From Candidatus Limnocylindrales bacterium (GTDB lineage: Bacteria > Moduliflexota > Moduliflexia > Moduliflexales > JAUQPW01): a DNA stretch of 64,000 nucleotides. Both the position numbers and the translations under genes were made by a program. Below the pieces are notes generated by a model. It made no database searches and had not been told where the DNA came from. It was given only the letters and a program-made list of their open reading frames with translations. Where the stretch lies: positions 1-64,000 of the forward strand of contig DATMBG010000017.1 in assembly GCA_035559535.1 (NCBI GenBank), read 5' to 3'. This document shows, one piece after another, positions 39,478-49,609 of this stretch (positions within the stretch are counted from its first letter, which is position 1; every line of letters begins with the position of its first letter).

Positions 39478-40626
39478 ATGAAGGATTACGAACCTTTAAT
39501 TATTGACTTAAAGAAGAGCGATCCTATACGGAGTGCGCGCGGCTCTCTCACTTTGTTTTTGCTGGCTTTACTGATGGGGATTGTGAGTGCTACGACGTTT
39601 TTAATCTTTACGCTTTATAAAACCCCTTCTCTAACCCCTTCTTCAGAAATCATCCATCTTAAAACGGAAGGACCGACTGGAAAGGTTGCTGCAAAACAGG
39701 AATCTCCTCCTTTACTACCTACCGAGACTCCCAAGGCAGAGTCTATGCAACAAGCTGCCCGGGGTTCAGATTCTGGAAGTTCAGATCGCAAAGACTCTTC
39801 CACCCGACCTCCAGAACCTAAGCTTTCCCCAAAGCCGACAGAGGAGGCTTCTGCCGGGTTGGACAAAACTATTGCCGCCACTCCAATTCCTAAGAAAGAT
39901 AAAGGAACGGGCTCCCGCCCAGGGGATAAACCTTCCCCGGCAGGGGAGATGAAGGTCTCAGAACTGAAAGGCAATTCCGAAGAGTCTTCAGAACGTATAC
40001 GCTCCGATAGGTTTTCTTTATGGGGCGAAATTAAAGCGGCAGAACAGAAAGGGGGCCTGGGAGACCGTACCGAGCGGGGACGCCCCGATAGAAATCGGAT
40101 ACCAGAACCCATGGGTTTCGGATTTATAACCGTTCGCACCATACCGGAAAATGTTTCGGTTTATCTCAATGAAAGGTTAATAGGCATCACCCCTCTCATC
40201 GAATTCCAGGTCCCGGCCGGCCGACATGAACTCAAACTCATTTACAAGGATGCGCCCCCGATTTCTCAATTGATTACCGTGAATCCTTTAGATACGGTTT
40301 CGGTTTTCCAGAGATTTGAGAACATGGGAACCCTTATTATAAATTCCTCAAGTTCTGGAGCCGAGGTTTCTTTAGACGGAACCTATCGAGGCCAGACCCC
40401 TCTGACTATTGAAGATTTGCCCACGGGAACTTATCGGCTAATGGTCCGAAAGGATGGATTTGAGACGGTTACACGGACCATTGAAGTCGTTGATGGAAAA
40501 GCAACCGAAGTATTTGTAACCCTTAAACGTCTGGGAGTGCCCTATCCCGATCGAAGACCTTTCCCGCGTATGGGATTTCCCAATAGATTTCCAGGAGAAC
40601 GGCGTCCGGAAAGACCTTACCGATAG
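39478..40626 (+). CDS. Membrane-anchored PEGA-domain protein (two PEGA repeats)
   Basis: TM, Pro/Ser/Lys-rich linker, VRTIPENVSVYLN..IGITP and SSSGAEVSLDG..RGQTP..LPTGTY. Confidence 0.85.
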   Translation: MKDYEPLIIDLKKSDPIRSARGSLTLFLLALLMGIVSATTFLIFTLYKTPSLTPSSEIIHLKTEGPTGKVAAKQESPPLLPTETPKAESMQQAARGSDSGSSDRKDSSTRPPEPKLSPKPTEEASAGLDKTIAATPIPKKDKGTGSRPGDKPSPAGEMKVSELKGNSEESSERIRSDRFSLWGEIKAAEQKGGLGDRTERGRPDRNRIPEPMGFGFITVRTIPENVSVYLNERLIGITPLIEFQVPAGRHELKLIYKDAPPISQLITVNPLDTVSVFQRFENMGTLIINSSSSGAEVSLDGTYRGQTPLTIEDLPTGTYRLMVRKDGFETVTRTIEVVDGKATEVFVTLKRLGVPYPDRRPFPRMGFPNRFPGERRPERPYR

Positions 40627-40627
40627 A

Positions 40628-40718
40628 AACTGGAGACTAGAAGTAAGAGGCAAGAGGCAGGAGGCAAGAAACTCGGCTTCTTGCTTCTTACTTCTTACTT
40701 CTTGCTTCTTGCTTCTAG
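40628..40718. repeat. Inverted array of 7-mer tandem repeats
   Basis: aagaggc aagaggc aggaggc, then about six copies of cttcttg/cttctta. Confidence 0.8.
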
Positions 40719-40722
40719 TTAT

Positions 40723-42078
40723 ATGGAACAAAATTTTTACCCTCAGATAAAAACCCAGCTTCCAGGTCCTAAAGCCCGGAGGTTGATAGAAGAAGATCAC
40801 CGATTTGTATCCCCGTCTTATACGCGATATTACCCCTTAGTAGCCGAAAAAGGCGAAGGGTTCGTGGTTGAAGATGTAGACGGAAATCGATTTTTGGACT
40901 TTACCGCCGGGATCGCTACCTGCTCAACCGGCCATTGCCATCCAAAAGTGGTAGAAGCGATAACCAGACAGGCCCAAAAGCTCATTCACATGTCTGGAAC
41001 CGATTTTTACTATCAACCCCAGATCGAATTGGCTAAAAAATTAGCTCAACTCTTTCCAGGGCGAGGACCGGCTAAGGTTTATTTTGGAAATTCCGGCACC
41101 GAAGGTATCGAAGCTGCCATGAAATTGGCCAGATACCATACACGACGCCAATATTTTATCTCCTTTTTGGGAGGATTTCATGGGCGAACCTATGGATCCT
41201 TATCCTTAACCGGTAGCAAAGTAGTCCAAAGAGAAAGATTCGGTCCTTTAATTCCAGGAGTTGTTCAAGCTCCCTATGGTTATTGTTACCGTTGTCCCTA
41301 TAACTCAAATCCGGAAAGCTGCAGGATAGATTCTGCCGAATGGATTGAAGAGGTTTTATTTCGAACCATCCTTCCCGCAGAGGAAGTAGCCGGTATTGTC
41401 GTCGAAACCATCCAGGGAGAAGGCGGTTATGTGGTCCCTCCGCTCAACTTTCATCAGAACCTTTCCAGGCTGGCCCAAAAGTATGGAATTCTCTATATTG
41501 TAGACGAAGTCCAGTCTGGTATGGGTCGTACCGGTAAAATGTTCGCCATTGAGCATTACGGAGTCCAGCCCGATATTGTGGTAACGGCCAAAGGAATCGC
41601 TTCCGGTCTCCCTCTGGGAGTCATGATCGCCTCGGCGTCCATTATGGATTGGGGACCCGGTTCCCACGCCAGTACTTTTGGTGGGAATCCCGTTGCCTGC
41701 GAGGCAGCATTGGCTACCATCGAGCTATTAGAAAACGGACTTATGCAAAATGCCGCCGATGTGGGAGCCTACCTGCTGGATAATTTGAAAAAACTACAAA
41801 TCCAACATCCTTTAATTGGAGATGTCCGGGGTATGGGACTCATGATCGGTATAGAGTTGGTTCAAAACTTAGAAACCAAAACTCCGGCAATCCAACAAAG
41901 GGACAAGCTCATCCATAAGTGTTTTGAAAAAGGCCTGCTGATTCTGGGATGTGGTCTAAGTGTAATCCGCCTTGCTCCCCCTCTTATTATCTCTCGCCAT
42001 GAGGCCGATGTGGCCTTAGCTATCCTCGAAGAGAGTTTAATAGAAGTGGAGAAAGCTATGGAGGGCACGGGATCCTAG
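40723..42078 (+). CDS. Class III PLP aminotransferase (4-aminobutyrate/acetylornithine type)
   Basis: DVDGNRFLDF, NSGTEG, FHGRT, IVDEVQSGMGRTG, TAKG (PLP Lys), STFGGNP. Confidence 0.92.
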   Translation: MEQNFYPQIKTQLPGPKARRLIEEDHRFVSPSYTRYYPLVAEKGEGFVVEDVDGNRFLDFTAGIATCSTGHCHPKVVEAITRQAQKLIHMSGTDFYYQPQIELAKKLAQLFPGRGPAKVYFGNSGTEGIEAAMKLARYHTRRQYFISFLGGFHGRTYGSLSLTGSKVVQRERFGPLIPGVVQAPYGYCYRCPYNSNPESCRIDSAEWIEEVLFRTILPAEEVAGIVVETIQGEGGYVVPPLNFHQNLSRLAQKYGILYIVDEVQSGMGRTGKMFAIEHYGVQPDIVVTAKGIASGLPLGVMIASASIMDWGPGSHASTFGGNPVACEAALATIELLENGLMQNAADVGAYLLDNLKKLQIQHPLIGDVRGMGLMIGIELVQNLETKTPAIQQRDKLIHKCFEKGLLILGCGLSVIRLAPPLIISRHEADVALAILEESLIEVEKAMEGTGS

Positions 42079-42718
42079 AAGAGGGAGAGGCCTGTCCGGG
42101 GGTCCCTAGGTCCATTAACTTTTTATAAACCTCCTCTACCTGTCTTCGCGTTTCCTCCAGGGAACCTCGATTGTCTATGACATAATCCGCATACTTAACT
42201 TTCTCCGATAAGGGCATCTGAGAGCGGATACGGGCCCAGCCCTCTTCGGCTGAGATACCGTCTCGAAGCATCAACCGATGCAATTGGGTCTGCTCGTCTA
42301 CATAAACAACAATGAGCTTATGGAATCGTTGATATGATCCCGATTCAATCAACAGGGCCGCGTCTACAATAATTAAAGCCTCGGGATATTGACGGCGAAG
42401 TTCCTGATAAAGACGTTTTTCCTCTTCAAAAACTCTGGGGTGAACAATCCGGTTGAGAACTTCCCGTTTAGCCGGATTTTGAAAAACAATAGCCCCAAGT
42501 TTTTTCCGGTCAATGCTCCCGTCGGGAAGGAGAATATCCCTTCCAAAAGAATTTACGATATCCTGCCAGGCCGGTTTTCCAGGTTCTACAACCTGTCTGG
42601 CCAGGACATCGGCATCGATAACCTGAGCGCCCAGAGAACGGAAAATGTGAGACACAGTACTTTTTCCACTGGCAATCCCACCGGTTAACCCGACCACTTT
42701 AAAATCTTCAACCGTCAT
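42056..42718 (-). CDS. coaE: Dephospho-CoA kinase
   Basis: GLTGGIASGKSTV, IDAD, IVHPRV, LLIE, RIRSQM. Confidence 0.96.
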   Translation of the reverse strand: MTVEDFKVVGLTGGIASGKSTVSHIFRSLGAQVIDADVLARQVVEPGKPAWQDIVNSFGRDILLPDGSIDRKKLGAIVFQNPAKREVLNRIVHPRVFEEEKRLYQELRRQYPEALIIVDAALLIESGSYQRFHKLIVVYVDEQTQLHRLMLRDGISAEEGWARIRSQMPLSEKVKYADYVIDNRGSLEETRRQVEEVYKKLMDLGTPGQASPSSRIPCPP

Positions 42719-42817
42719 ACCTTCTTATTTCATAACTTTTTTATTGACGCAACAGTTTTTTCAAGGTAAAAACATTTTAACTTAAACCAACTTGAAAGGC
42801 TTAAAAGGGGGACAGGC

Positions 42818-44047
42818 ATGCTGGTTTGTATCAGTGATTTACATCTTACTGACGGTTCCACCGGTCGGTATAACGTGGATGTGACGACCTTTAGTAATTT
42901 CTGGGATAAAATCCTTGAGATTGCCCAGAATTTTAGTATCAAAGAAATCGAGCTGGTCATCGTAGGAGATCTTTTAGATCTTCTTCACTCCACGAGATGG
43001 CTGGAAGGTCCGGAAGAAGCCAAACCATGGTTTGAGAAAGGAGAAGAACAATTTAAAGTTGTAGAAGACATTTTAAACCGTATCTTTCAAGAAAACCAGG
43101 AGCTGATTACCTATCTGGCAGATACACCCCGGTCCGATGAGGTAAATATTAAAATCGGGTATATTCTTGGAGATCATGACTGGCTTATCAATCGATATGA
43201 GAGTTTGCGAGAAAAGGTCTGTAAAGAGCTTCAGCTAAACCACAACCCGACCGAACGGTTTCCTTCCTTCATTCGAAGGGAAGAATATCATGTCTTTGCC
43301 CGCCATGGTCATGAGTATGATACCTATCACTTTGAAGGGGATTATGATGCGCCTTCCATAGGAGATGCTGTGGCTATCGAGTTAATCAGCCGATTTCCAC
43401 AAGCACTGGTGAAGACGCTGGGGGAGAAAGTCGATGAAAAGATCCTCCAGAAATTGAGGAAAATTGAAGATGTTCGACCTCTTTTGGAGGTACCCAATTG
43501 GATATCTGCTGTAGCCGATGAGTCCACTACGCCGGAGTTAGCAAAGGCTATCAAGAGGTGTTGGGATGATCTTGTAGACCAGTTTAACAACCTGGCCTAT
43601 GTGCAACAGTGGTATAAAACCCACCATAGTTGGGCCCCTCTGGATGAAGCGGATCGATTAAAAGATTTGCTGAAAACAACCGCTTTTTCCTCTAAAACCT
43701 TCGTTGGAAAGCAGATACCTTTATCTAAAGCCATGAGCCAGTTTATTCGAGGGGAAGATCGGCATCCTCGAGAGGCCTATAATGAGGATTTTATACGACT
43801 GGATCCGATTCAATATATTGTTTCAGGGCATACCCATCAAAGTCGCCTTTTGTCTATGGATCGTATTAACGGAATCGAAAAACTTTATTTCAACACAGGA
43901 ACATGGCGCAGCGTACATACCCGAAATAAATTTGGAAGGGATAGGGTTCTGTTTACCTCCTGGCAAACCCTCAATTATGCCATTTTCTATAAGAAGGGAG
44001 AGCATCCCAGTCGGGAATTTGAGTTTTGGAGCGTCGCTTTAAGATGA
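42818..44047 (+). CDS. Calcineurin-like metallophosphoesterase
   Basis: SDLH, GDLLD, GDHD, RHGH, SGHTH, FNTGTW. Confidence 0.85.
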   Translation: MLVCISDLHLTDGSTGRYNVDVTTFSNFWDKILEIAQNFSIKEIELVIVGDLLDLLHSTRWLEGPEEAKPWFEKGEEQFKVVEDILNRIFQENQELITYLADTPRSDEVNIKIGYILGDHDWLINRYESLREKVCKELQLNHNPTERFPSFIRREEYHVFARHGHEYDTYHFEGDYDAPSIGDAVAIELISRFPQALVKTLGEKVDEKILQKLRKIEDVRPLLEVPNWISAVADESTTPELAKAIKRCWDDLVDQFNNLAYVQQWYKTHHSWAPLDEADRLKDLLKTTAFSSKTFVGKQIPLSKAMSQFIRGEDRHPREAYNEDFIRLDPIQYIVSGHTHQSRLLSMDRINGIEKLYFNTGTWRSVHTRNKFGRDRVLFTSWQTLNYAIFYKKGEHPSREFEFWSVALR

Positions 44048-44172
44048 ACCCGGTAGATTTAAGCTCTTTCCAGGGGAATAGGGAAGACTTACCCGGGAAG
44101 CGATCCGGTGAAGCAGGAATACAATAAGCTCTGGGAAAAGTGAGGATATCAGATCAGAAAGGAACTTGGGAT

Positions 44173-45783
44173 ATGAAGGGTATGATTGTAGCTCCTCAAC
44201 CCGTTGCGGTTGAGGAAGGAATTAAGGTGTTAAGAAAAGGCGGAAATGCCATGGATGCAGCGGTTACCACCGCACTGGTTCAGGGCGTGGTGGATCCCCA
44301 GATGTGTGGTATAGGGGGTTTTGGAACGATGCAGGTTCATATGGCCAGGACCGGAGAAGAAAAAATGATCGATTTTCATGCAACGGCCCCTTACCTGGCA
44401 TCTCCGGATATGTGGAAGGATTTGGTTATTGGAATGGCTAAGGACGGTTTTGGCTATCTCCTCAAAGGGAATGTTAACGACGTAGGATATCTTTCGATTG
44501 CCGTACCCGGAACCGTCCTGGGACTTTACGAAGGATTAAACCGGTACGGAACCTGGAGTTGGAAGGAAGTCATTCAACCGGCCATTCGCTATGCAAGGGA
44601 AGGGTTTCGGGTTACTCCGAGCTTAAAGAACTGGTGGCTCAGTAAAACAGATTCCGGGCGGGTTAATTTTTGGGAAAGAATACAAACCACGGCTGCCTCG
44701 GCCAGGCTTTACACCAAAGGCCCCCAAGAATGGTACGAGGAGGGTGAGATACTCACCAATGAGGATATGGCCCACTCCCTCGAGAGAATAGCCGAGGAAG
44801 GTCCTGACGTCTTCTATCGTGGCGATATAGCTCGGGCTATTTCACAAGATATGGAAAAGAACGGGGGGCTTATTCGGGAAAAAGATCTCCAGAACTACCA
44901 GGTCGTCTTTACAGAACCCCTACGAACCACCTACCGGGGATATACCATTAAAACCAACCCTCCCCCCGGTGGAGGAATTACCTTGATCCAGATCCTCAAT
45001 ATATTAGAAGGATACGATCTGGATAAGCTGGGTCATAATACTGCCCGATATATTGACCTGGTATCTAAAGTCATGCGAATCGCCTTTGCTGACCGGGATA
45101 AGTGGGTCGGAGACCCTGCTTTTGTCCAGGTTCCCATAGAAAAACTCATTTCTAAAGAATACGCCGACGATTGTCGAAGGAAGATTCAGAATCCAAAAAC
45201 TAGTTCTTCAACTTCAAAACCGGTCTTCGATTCTCCGGATACGACCCATGTGTCCGTCCTGGACAAAGACGGGAATGTCGTGGCCCTGACCCATTCTTTG
45301 GGTATGTCTTCCGGCGTGGTTACGCCGGGATTGGGATTTACCTACAATAATGCCATGATTGCCTTCGATCCCATACCCGGCGGCGCAAATTCCATTGCCC
45401 CCGGTAAACGTCGTGTGACCGGTATGTGCCCCACCATTGTCTGGAAGGGACGGGAACCTTTTCTTATCCTGGGTGCCCTGGGAGGTGCCCGCATTATTAC
45501 GGGGGTTCTTCAGGTCATCCTGAATGTCATCGATCATAAAATGAGCCTGGTAGAAGCCATTGTAGCTCCTCGATTTGATTGTCAACGCGGACCAATTATC
45601 CTGGAGGCAAGGATTCCCTATGATGTTTGTGAAGAACTGCAAAGAATGGGAAATCAGGTGGAACGGACGGTCAAGAGCTATGGGACTGTAGCCCGTGTGC
45701 ATGGAATCTGGATGGATAAATCCCGTGGAATCTTACAAGGTGGTGCAGATCCGGCAGGGGATGGGGTAGCCTTAATGGCTTAA
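44173..45783 (+). CDS. ggt: Gamma-glutamyltransferase family protein
   Basis: GGNAMDAAV, GIGG, AVPG, autocleavage site DTTHVSV, PGKR, APRF. Confidence 0.92.
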   Translation: MKGMIVAPQPVAVEEGIKVLRKGGNAMDAAVTTALVQGVVDPQMCGIGGFGTMQVHMARTGEEKMIDFHATAPYLASPDMWKDLVIGMAKDGFGYLLKGNVNDVGYLSIAVPGTVLGLYEGLNRYGTWSWKEVIQPAIRYAREGFRVTPSLKNWWLSKTDSGRVNFWERIQTTAASARLYTKGPQEWYEEGEILTNEDMAHSLERIAEEGPDVFYRGDIARAISQDMEKNGGLIREKDLQNYQVVFTEPLRTTYRGYTIKTNPPPGGGITLIQILNILEGYDLDKLGHNTARYIDLVSKVMRIAFADRDKWVGDPAFVQVPIEKLISKEYADDCRRKIQNPKTSSSTSKPVFDSPDTTHVSVLDKDGNVVALTHSLGMSSGVVTPGLGFTYNNAMIAFDPIPGGANSIAPGKRRVTGMCPTIVWKGREPFLILGALGGARIITGVLQVILNVIDHKMSLVEAIVAPRFDCQRGPIILEARIPYDVCEELQRMGNQVERTVKSYGTVARVHGIWMDKSRGILQGGADPAGDGVALMA

Positions 45784-45969
45784 GCCTCCGGGTTGGGTAT
45801 GCTTTTGAATCCAGAAGGGAGGCCATTTCTGATTCATCCCTCTTTCTCTTTTCGGCCTCCCAGGGGCCAGGATAAAGTCAAATATTCCCACCCTACTCCC
45901 TTTGAAAGCAAATCCGTATCAGGAGAATTACCTGATCCGACATTGGAGAAACCTAAAGGAGGTTAATCA

Positions 45970-46944
45970 ATGAGAGCCTGGCAAGTGCAGGATTGGGGAG
46001 AACCCGAGCAAATGAAGCTGGTAGATATTCCAAGACCGGAGCCTCGACAGGGAGAGGTTCGGATACGGAACCGGGCAGCAGCCCTCAACTTTTTTGATAT
46101 TCTTCAAATTCAGGGAAAGTATCAGGTGAAACCACCGTTACCTTTTATACCTGGAGCAGAAGTTGCAGGCACAATTGATGCGATAGGTCCCGGGGTTACC
46201 CAATTTTCCATTGGAGACCGGGTACAGGCCCTGGTCTCCACCGGTGGGTATGCCGAATACTCCCTGGCTTTAGCCGGTAAGACCTTTCCTATTCCCTTAA
46301 AGATGAGTTTTGAAGAAGCCGCTGCAATGATTATTACTTATCAAACTTCTTATTATGCCCTGAAGTATCGAACGGTCCTCAAACCCGGAGAATGGTTGCT
46401 CGTCCATGCAGCCGCCGGAGGCGTGGGTACCTCTGCCGTGCAAATCGGTAAAGCCTGGGGCGCTCACCTCATTGCTACAGCCGGTAGTCCGGATAAGCTG
46501 AATTTCTGTTTAAGCCAGGGAGCTGACCATGCCCTGAACTATCGCGATACAAACTGGGTGGAGGAGGTCAAAAAGATCACAGATGGACGGGGAGCCGATG
46601 TAATCTATGATCCCGTAGGAGGGGATATCTTTGATCTCTCAACCAAATGTATCGCAGTTGAAGGACGGCTCCTGGTGATCGGCTTTGCCGGCGGTCGTAT
46701 TCCAACCCTTGCAGCCAATCGGATTCTGCTTAAAAATATATCTGTCATCGGATGCTATTGGGGTGGTTATGTGGAACACCATCCCGAATTCCTGGGAAAG
46801 GCCCAGGCAAACTTGCTTGCCATGTATGAAGCCGGTCAGATTAAACCAGTCGTCTCCCAAACCTATCTGCTATCTGAGGCCGTTATCGCTTTAAGAGCCC
46901 TTGCAGAGCGAAAAACATACGGTAAAGTAGTTCTTCTCATGTAA
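45970..46944 (+). CDS. NADPH:quinone oxidoreductase (Zn-independent MDR)
   Basis: GKYQVKPPLPFIPGAE, HAAAGGVG, YDPVGG, GKVVL. Confidence 0.9.
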   Translation: MRAWQVQDWGEPEQMKLVDIPRPEPRQGEVRIRNRAAALNFFDILQIQGKYQVKPPLPFIPGAEVAGTIDAIGPGVTQFSIGDRVQALVSTGGYAEYSLALAGKTFPIPLKMSFEEAAAMIITYQTSYYALKYRTVLKPGEWLLVHAAAGGVGTSAVQIGKAWGAHLIATAGSPDKLNFCLSQGADHALNYRDTNWVEEVKKITDGRGADVIYDPVGGDIFDLSTKCIAVEGRLLVIGFAGGRIPTLAANRILLKNISVIGCYWGGYVEHHPEFLGKAQANLLAMYEAGQIKPVVSQTYLLSEAVIALRALAERKTYGKVVLLM

Positions 46945-46994
46945 GAAAGTAAAAGGGTATTAAGGGGTCTGAGGATAAGAGACCCTTAGGAGTA

Positions 46995-48071
46995 ATGATC
47001 GAGTATCTGGATAAAACACAACCTGTTCGGAGGGGTGAAGAATTAGATCTTCATCGCCTTGAGCCCTACCTGCGAGAGCATCTACCGGATTTCTCCGGAC
47101 CGCTTAGGGTCGAGCAGTTTCCCGGAGGTCACTCCAATTTGACTTATCTTCTACGCTGGAATGGAAAGGAAATGGTACTGCGTCGCCCGCCATTCGGCAA
47201 TCGGGTTAAATCGGCCCACGATATGAACCGGGAGTATCGGGTGCTGAGCAAACTGTATAAGGTTTATCCACCGGCCCCACGTCCGTTCCTGTATTGTGAG
47301 GATGCCTCTATCCTCGGGGCTCCCTTCTACTTGATGGAACGAAGGTATGGGATCGTTCTCCGCCAGAGTCTGCCCCCCGGTTTTCACCTGGATCCCCAGA
47401 CCGTTCGGCGTATGTCAGAATCATTCATTGATAACCTTGCTGATTTGCATGGTATCGATTATCAAGCCGCAGGTCTGGGAGACCTGGGTCGACCCGAAGG
47501 TTATATCCGGCGACAGGTGGAAGGATGGATCCAGCGCTATAGGAATGCCCAAACCGATGAGATTCCTTATATTGGCCAGATCAGTAAATGGCTGATGGAA
47601 CGGATACCCCGGCAGGGCGGTGCCACCCTCATCCACAATGATTATAAATACGATAACCTCATGCTGGACCCCCAAGATCCTTCCCGCATTGTTGCCGTGC
47701 TGGATTGGGAAATGTGTACCCTTGGTGATCCGCTGGCGGACCTGGGTACCACATTGGGATATTGGGTCCAGGCCGATGATGAAGAGTTTCACCAGATGGC
47801 TGCCGGAGGTCCGGGCCCAACTACCTGGCCGGGCAGCATGACCCGATGTGAGCTTGCCGAACGTTATAACAGAAAAACCGGCCGTGACCTCTCAAACCTT
47901 CTTTTTTACTATTGTTTCGGACTTTTCAAGACCGCCGTCATTGTCCAGCAAATTTACTATCGCTATGTTAAAGGATACACGCAGGATGAACGATTTGCTA
48001 ACTTGCTTCAACGTGTAATTCTCCTGAGTAGAATCGCGGTTCGGGCAGCCGAGAGGGGAAAGTTTTATTAA
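46995..48071 (+). CDS. APH-family phosphotransferase (ACAD10/11 kinase-like)
   Basis: QFPGGHSNLTY, LRRPP, SAHDMNRE, IHNDYKYDN, VLDWEM, GDPLADL. Confidence 0.9.
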   Translation: MIEYLDKTQPVRRGEELDLHRLEPYLREHLPDFSGPLRVEQFPGGHSNLTYLLRWNGKEMVLRRPPFGNRVKSAHDMNREYRVLSKLYKVYPPAPRPFLYCEDASILGAPFYLMERRYGIVLRQSLPPGFHLDPQTVRRMSESFIDNLADLHGIDYQAAGLGDLGRPEGYIRRQVEGWIQRYRNAQTDEIPYIGQISKWLMERIPRQGGATLIHNDYKYDNLMLDPQDPSRIVAVLDWEMCTLGDPLADLGTTLGYWVQADDEEFHQMAAGGPGPTTWPGSMTRCELAERYNRKTGRDLSNLLFYYCFGLFKTAVIVQQIYYRYVKGYTQDERFANLLQRVILLSRIAVRAAERGKFY

Positions 48072-48124
48072 AAAAATGATCTGTACTTGGTTATCTTGGT
48101 TTTGATAATCGGAGGATATGTTAT

Positions 48125-48248
48125 TACTTTGTAAAGTCAATTTTGGGTTATTCTCTCCCCTCTTCCCCGCCTCACCCCCTCCCTCCCCGTGGACGGGGAG
48201 GGAGGGGGAGAGGGGAGAACGGTTTTTCAAATCTAACTTTACAAGGTA
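48125..48248. mobile_element. MITE-like element, family A
   Basis: Inverted ends tactttgtaaagtc / aactttacaaggta enclosing a long CCCTCCCC..GGGGAGGG hairpin. Confidence 0.65.
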
Positions 48249-48408
48249 CTCCTTCCTCCGTTTGCCTCGAGTCGGGTCGAGGGGTAATCCTCAACCTCTA
48301 CACCAGAGCAGATAGTCAAAGATCATTCTTCAACGCGCTCAGGACAGGTAAAGGAAGGGCCGATCCATCAAAGTCAAATAAACCAGATACAGAAATGTGA
48401 AGGGTTAT

Positions 48409-49602
48409 ATGAATTTCGATTATTCTGATAAAGTCAAGAAGCTTCAGAAACAACTTATGGAGTTTATGGAGGCCTATATCTACCCCAACGAGAGGATTTA
48501 TTACGAGCAGATTGAACGAAATCGCTGGCAACCTCCCCCCATTCTTGAGGAATTAAAGGCGAAGGCCAGGGCAGAAGGATTATGGAATCTGTTTCTGCCG
48601 GATAGTGAATATGGAGCCGGTCTTACCAATTTGGAATATGCTCCCCTGTGTGAGATCATGGGCCGATCCCCTATAGCCCCTGAGGTTTTTAACTGCTCGG
48701 CCCCGGATACGGGTAATATGGAGGTTCTAGTACGTTATGGGACCCAGGAGCAGAAGGAGCGATGGCTCAAACCCTTGCTGGCTGGGGAAATTCGCTCCTG
48801 CTTCGCCATGACCGAACCCGATGTGGCTTCGTCAGATGCCACTAATATCCAATCCAGTATCGTTCGAGATGGGGATGAGTATGTTATTAACGGTCGCAAA
48901 TGGTGGAGTTCCGGGGCCGGGGATCCTCGGTGCAAGCTTATTATCTTTATGGGTAAGACCGATCCAACAGCTCCCAAGTATAAACAACAATCCATGATCC
49001 TCATCCCCATGGACACCCCGGGGATTACCGTTAAACGGATGCTGACGGTTTTCGGTTACGACGATGCCCCCCACGGGCATGCCGAGGTTATTTATGAAAA
49101 TGTTCGAGTTCCGGTATCGAACATCTTGCTGGGTGAAGGTCGGGGTTTTGAGATTGCCCAGGGTCGGTTAGGACCGGGCCGTATCCATCATTGCATGCGT
49201 CTAATCGGATTAGCCGAACGTTCCCTGGAAGCCATGTGCAAACGTGTTAAATCTCGGGTTGCCTTCGGTAAACCCCTGGCCGAGATGGGTACCATTCGAG
49301 CAGATATTGCCAACTCACGAATAGAGATCGAACAGGCTCGACTCCTCACGTTGAAAGCCGCTTATATGATGGATACCGTGGGTAACAAAGCAGCCCGTGC
49401 TGAGATCTCCATGATTAAAGTCGTTGCTCCTAATATGGCTTTGAGGGTGATCGACCGGGCCATCCAGGCCCATGGGGGTGCCGGGGTATGTGAGGATTTT
49501 GGCCTGGCCAGGGCCTGGGCCCATGCGCGTACCCTGCGTCTTGCAGATGGACCCGATGAAGTGCATCGTGAAGCCATTGCCAGGATGGAACTGAACAAAT
49601 AA
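48409..49602 (+). CDS. Acyl-CoA dehydrogenase (ACAD10/11-like)
   Basis: [53 protein letters not shown]. Confidence 0.95.
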   Translation: MNFDYSDKVKKLQKQLMEFMEAYIYPNERIYYEQIERNRWQPPPILEELKAKARAEGLWNLFLPDSEYGAGLTNLEYAPLCEIMGRSPIAPEVFNCSAPDTGNMEVLVRYGTQEQKERWLKPLLAGEIRSCFAMTEPDVASSDATNIQSSIVRDGDEYVINGRKWWSSGAGDPRCKLIIFMGKTDPTAPKYKQQSMILIPMDTPGITVKRMLTVFGYDDAPHGHAEVIYENVRVPVSNILLGEGRGFEIAQGRLGPGRIHHCMRLIGLAERSLEAMCKRVKSRVAFGKPLAEMGTIRADIANSRIEIEQARLLTLKAAYMMDTVGNKAARAEISMIKVVAPNMALRVIDRAIQAHGGAGVCEDFGLARAWAHARTLRLADGPDEVHREAIARMELNK

Positions 49603-49609
49603 CCAGGGT

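Noticed and set aside
40681-40722. N-terminal extension MLLTSYFLLLASSY that looks like a signal peptide
   Set aside because: It is translation of the 7-mer repeat; ATG 40723 is the likelier start.
48118-48400. ORFs over repeat elements (also 51703-52060 and 60756-61182)
   Set aside because: Pro/Gly-rich translations of palindromic MITE DNA.
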